Assembly (NCBI GenBank): GCA_965203515.1
Contig: OZ241907.1
Coordinates: forward strand, 896,001-960,000
DNA from: Spirochaetia bacterium
GTDB taxonomy: Bacteria; Spirochaetota; Spirochaetia; SZUA-6; Bin103
Reading direction: 5' to 3'
DNA: 64,000 nucleotides
The position numbers and the translations under genes were made by a program. Positions within the stretch are counted from its first letter, which is position 1; every line of letters starts with the position of its first letter. This document shows positions 62,219 through 64,000 of this stretch, piece after piece. The notes under the pieces were generated by a model, which was not told where the DNA came from, did no database searches, and saw nothing but the letters and a program-made list of their open reading frames with translations.

Positions 62219-62980
62219 CTAGCGCTGGTATGCCTCCCACAGCGCCCGGTAGTACCGCAGGATGCGCTCCCCGTCGGGATTGCCGGGAATCTCCGCCAGC
62301 GTGTAGCCGGTGTAACCGTCGCGGCGGAGCTTGGCGAACAGGTCGCGCCACGGATAGGCGTCGTGCAGCTCGGTGACGTGCACCAGTCCGATCTTGTGAC
62401 GCAGCAGCTCATAGGCTGCATCGATCGAGCCGTTCACCGCCTCGCCCGGATTTGAGTTCCAGCAGATGAACGCGTTGTCGTGGTCGGCGTGATCGATGAT
62501 GGCGCGCATGCGGCGCGGCTGCTGAGTCTCCCGGCCGTGCACCTCGATCCTGACCGCGACGCCAAGGTCGGCCGCCGCTTGCGCGCATTCGCGGAGCGCC
62601 AGGCCGATCTGTTCCAGGGTCTTCTCCTCCGGGATTCCCGCCTCGGTCTGCAGACCGTTGGGCCGGACCTTGACGCCGGGACAGCCGAGGTCGGCGGCGA
62701 GCTGCGCGTATGCGATGGCACCGTCGATATTATCGCGCACGACCGCGCGGTCGACGGCGTGGAACTCGAACGCGCTGCCGAGCCCGGCGATCTCCACCCC
62801 GGCGTCGGCGAACCGCTTGCGCACGTCGGCGCGCTCGGCCGCGCTCAACCCGACCTCCACGCCATGGGCGTGGGTAGTGCGGAGCTCGACGCCGGAGAAT
62901 CCGGTCGCCACGCACGTGCGGATGATCGTGGCGAGATCCCACTCGGCTCCGATCTGATAGGTGACGAATCCCAGCTTCAC
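62219..62980 (-). CDS. sugar phosphate isomerase/epimerase (TIM barrel)
   Basis: VELRTTHAHGVE, IEVHG, CWNSN, Y.G.TLAE. Confidence 0.8.
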   Translation of the reverse strand: MKLGFVTYQIGAEWDLATIIRTCVATGFSGVELRTTHAHGVEVGLSAAERADVRKRFADAGVEIAGLGSAFEFHAVDRAVVRDNIDGAIAYAQLAADLGCPGVKVRPNGLQTEAGIPEEKTLEQIGLALRECAQAAADLGVAVRIEVHGRETQQPRRMRAIIDHADHDNAFICWNSNPGEAVNGSIDAAYELLRHKIGLVHVTELHDAYPWRDLFAKLRRDGYTGYTLAEIPGNPDGERILRYYRALWEAYQR

Positions 62981-63049
62981 GACGGCACCGTAGCCGGATG
63001 GGACGTGCGCTGTCCACGATGACGGGGGAATCGGCCCGCCGGCGGCCGA

Positions 63050-64000
63050 TCAGCTCCACAGAAGGTCACGGGTCGGTTCGCGGTCCCACTCCGGAGTCGG
63101 CTCGAAGATGCCCGGCTCCTCGGGATCGACGAACTCGCGCAACGCCTCGTAGTTGAGGTCCGCGAACCCCAAACCGGGGCCTTCCGGCACGGCGACGTGT
63201 CCGTCCCGAATCAGCGGGATCGGCAACCCGTCGACCAGGCTGCTCCACCGCTCCAGGTCGTCGGCCGAGTGGTTCTCCAGGGCGATGAAGTTCTCCGTGG
63301 CGGCGGCGCAATGTACCGCCGCCAGCGCCGCCACCGGTGACATCGCCATGTGCAGCGCCATCGCGATGCCATGGTCCTGGGCGGCGTCGCCGATCTTCCT
63401 GGTCTCCAGGATGCCGCCGGCCGTAGCCGGATCGGGATGGGCCACGGCGATGGCCCGTTCCCGGAACAGATCGGCGAACCCCTCTTTCAGGTAGATGTCC
63501 TCACCGGTGCAGATCGGCGTGGCGACCGCTTCCGACAGCCGCCGGTACTGATCGGTGAGCTGCCAGGGGAGCATGTCCTCGTACCAGGCGAGCGAGAACC
63601 GGTCGAGCGCGCGGCCCAGCCGGATGCAGGACTCCAGGCCGAGGCGGCCGAAGTGGTCGACGGCCAGCGGCACCTCGTAGCCGATCTCCTCCCGCACCGC
63701 GGCGACGTACTCGCAGAGCGCGTCGATCCCCCGGTCGGTGATCTGGATGCCGGTGAACGGGTGCATCACGGTCGGACGGTCGAGCATCCCCGGCGGCGCG
63801 ATCAGACAGCCGGGCCGGCCGCGCAGCAGGTCGATGCCGACGTCCATCTTCAGAAAGCGGAAGCCCATCGCCATGCGCCGCTTCAGCCGGCGTCCCATCT
63901 CGCCGCCGTCCGCGCAGGACGGGGTGTCGCAGTAGCAGAGGACGCGGTCGCGGAACCGGCCGCCGGCCAGCGCGTACGCCGGCGCGCCGTACGCCTTGCC
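63050..64000 (-). CDS. mandelate racemase/muconate lactonising (enolase superfamily) enzyme; 5' end lies outside the window
   Basis: K.D, DHFG, WYED, TGE, HPD, ALH, LENH motifs; frame open to the window edge. Confidence 0.85.
   Translation of the reverse strand, partial: GKAYGAPAYALAGGRFRDRVLCYCDTPSCADGGEMGRRLKRRMAMGFRFLKMDVGIDLLRGRPGCLIAPPGMLDRPTVMHPFTGIQITDRGIDALCEYVAAVREEIGYEVPLAVDHFGRLGLESCIRLGRALDRFSLAWYEDMLPWQLTDQYRRLSEAVATPICTGEDIYLKEGFADLFRERAIAVAHPDPATAGGILETRKIGDAAQDHGIAMALHMAMSPVAALAAVHCAAATENFIALENHSADDLERWSSLVDGLPIPLIRDGHVAVPEGPGLGFADLNYEALREFVDPEEPGIFEPTPEWDREPTRDLLWS

Overview
High-GC bacterial window; the gene mix of sugar/inositol catabolism, many ABC transporters, 2OG-Fe(II) dioxygenases and Rpn/Uma2 nucleases suggests a host-associated heterotroph (inference only). 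The backbone carries recQ, iolD with a sugar ABC system, a Liv-type ABC system, a cobalamin-riboswitch-controlled ABC importer, topA, uxuA, rtcB, modA and fused modBC, several TIM-barrel isomerases and oxidoreductases. There are three accessory zones. (i) About 19.9-25.8 kb is a decayed defence-like island where Rpn (YhgA-like) nuclease units with sharp shared ends interrupt a DUF1156-type methylase, leaving four C-terminal variants, two of them stand-alone, followed by tandem Uma2 nucleases. (ii) About 25.8-30.5 kb is a RiPP-like locus with two divergent NHLP-leader precursors whose cores are Cys-free and rich in Trp/Tyr/Asp/Asn, a JmjC oxygenase and an unannotated enzyme that may be a prenyltransferase, arranged symmetrically around an internally deleted ISL3. 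A third precursor copy lies at 41.9 kb. (iii) About 41.3-45.4 kb is a restriction-modification island bounded by 19-bp direct repeats, with a frameshifted XcyI-like endonuclease and a scrambled second methylase copy. The sugar-binding protein also appears to be a tandem pair of circularly permuted domains. All assignments come from motif reading without database searches.
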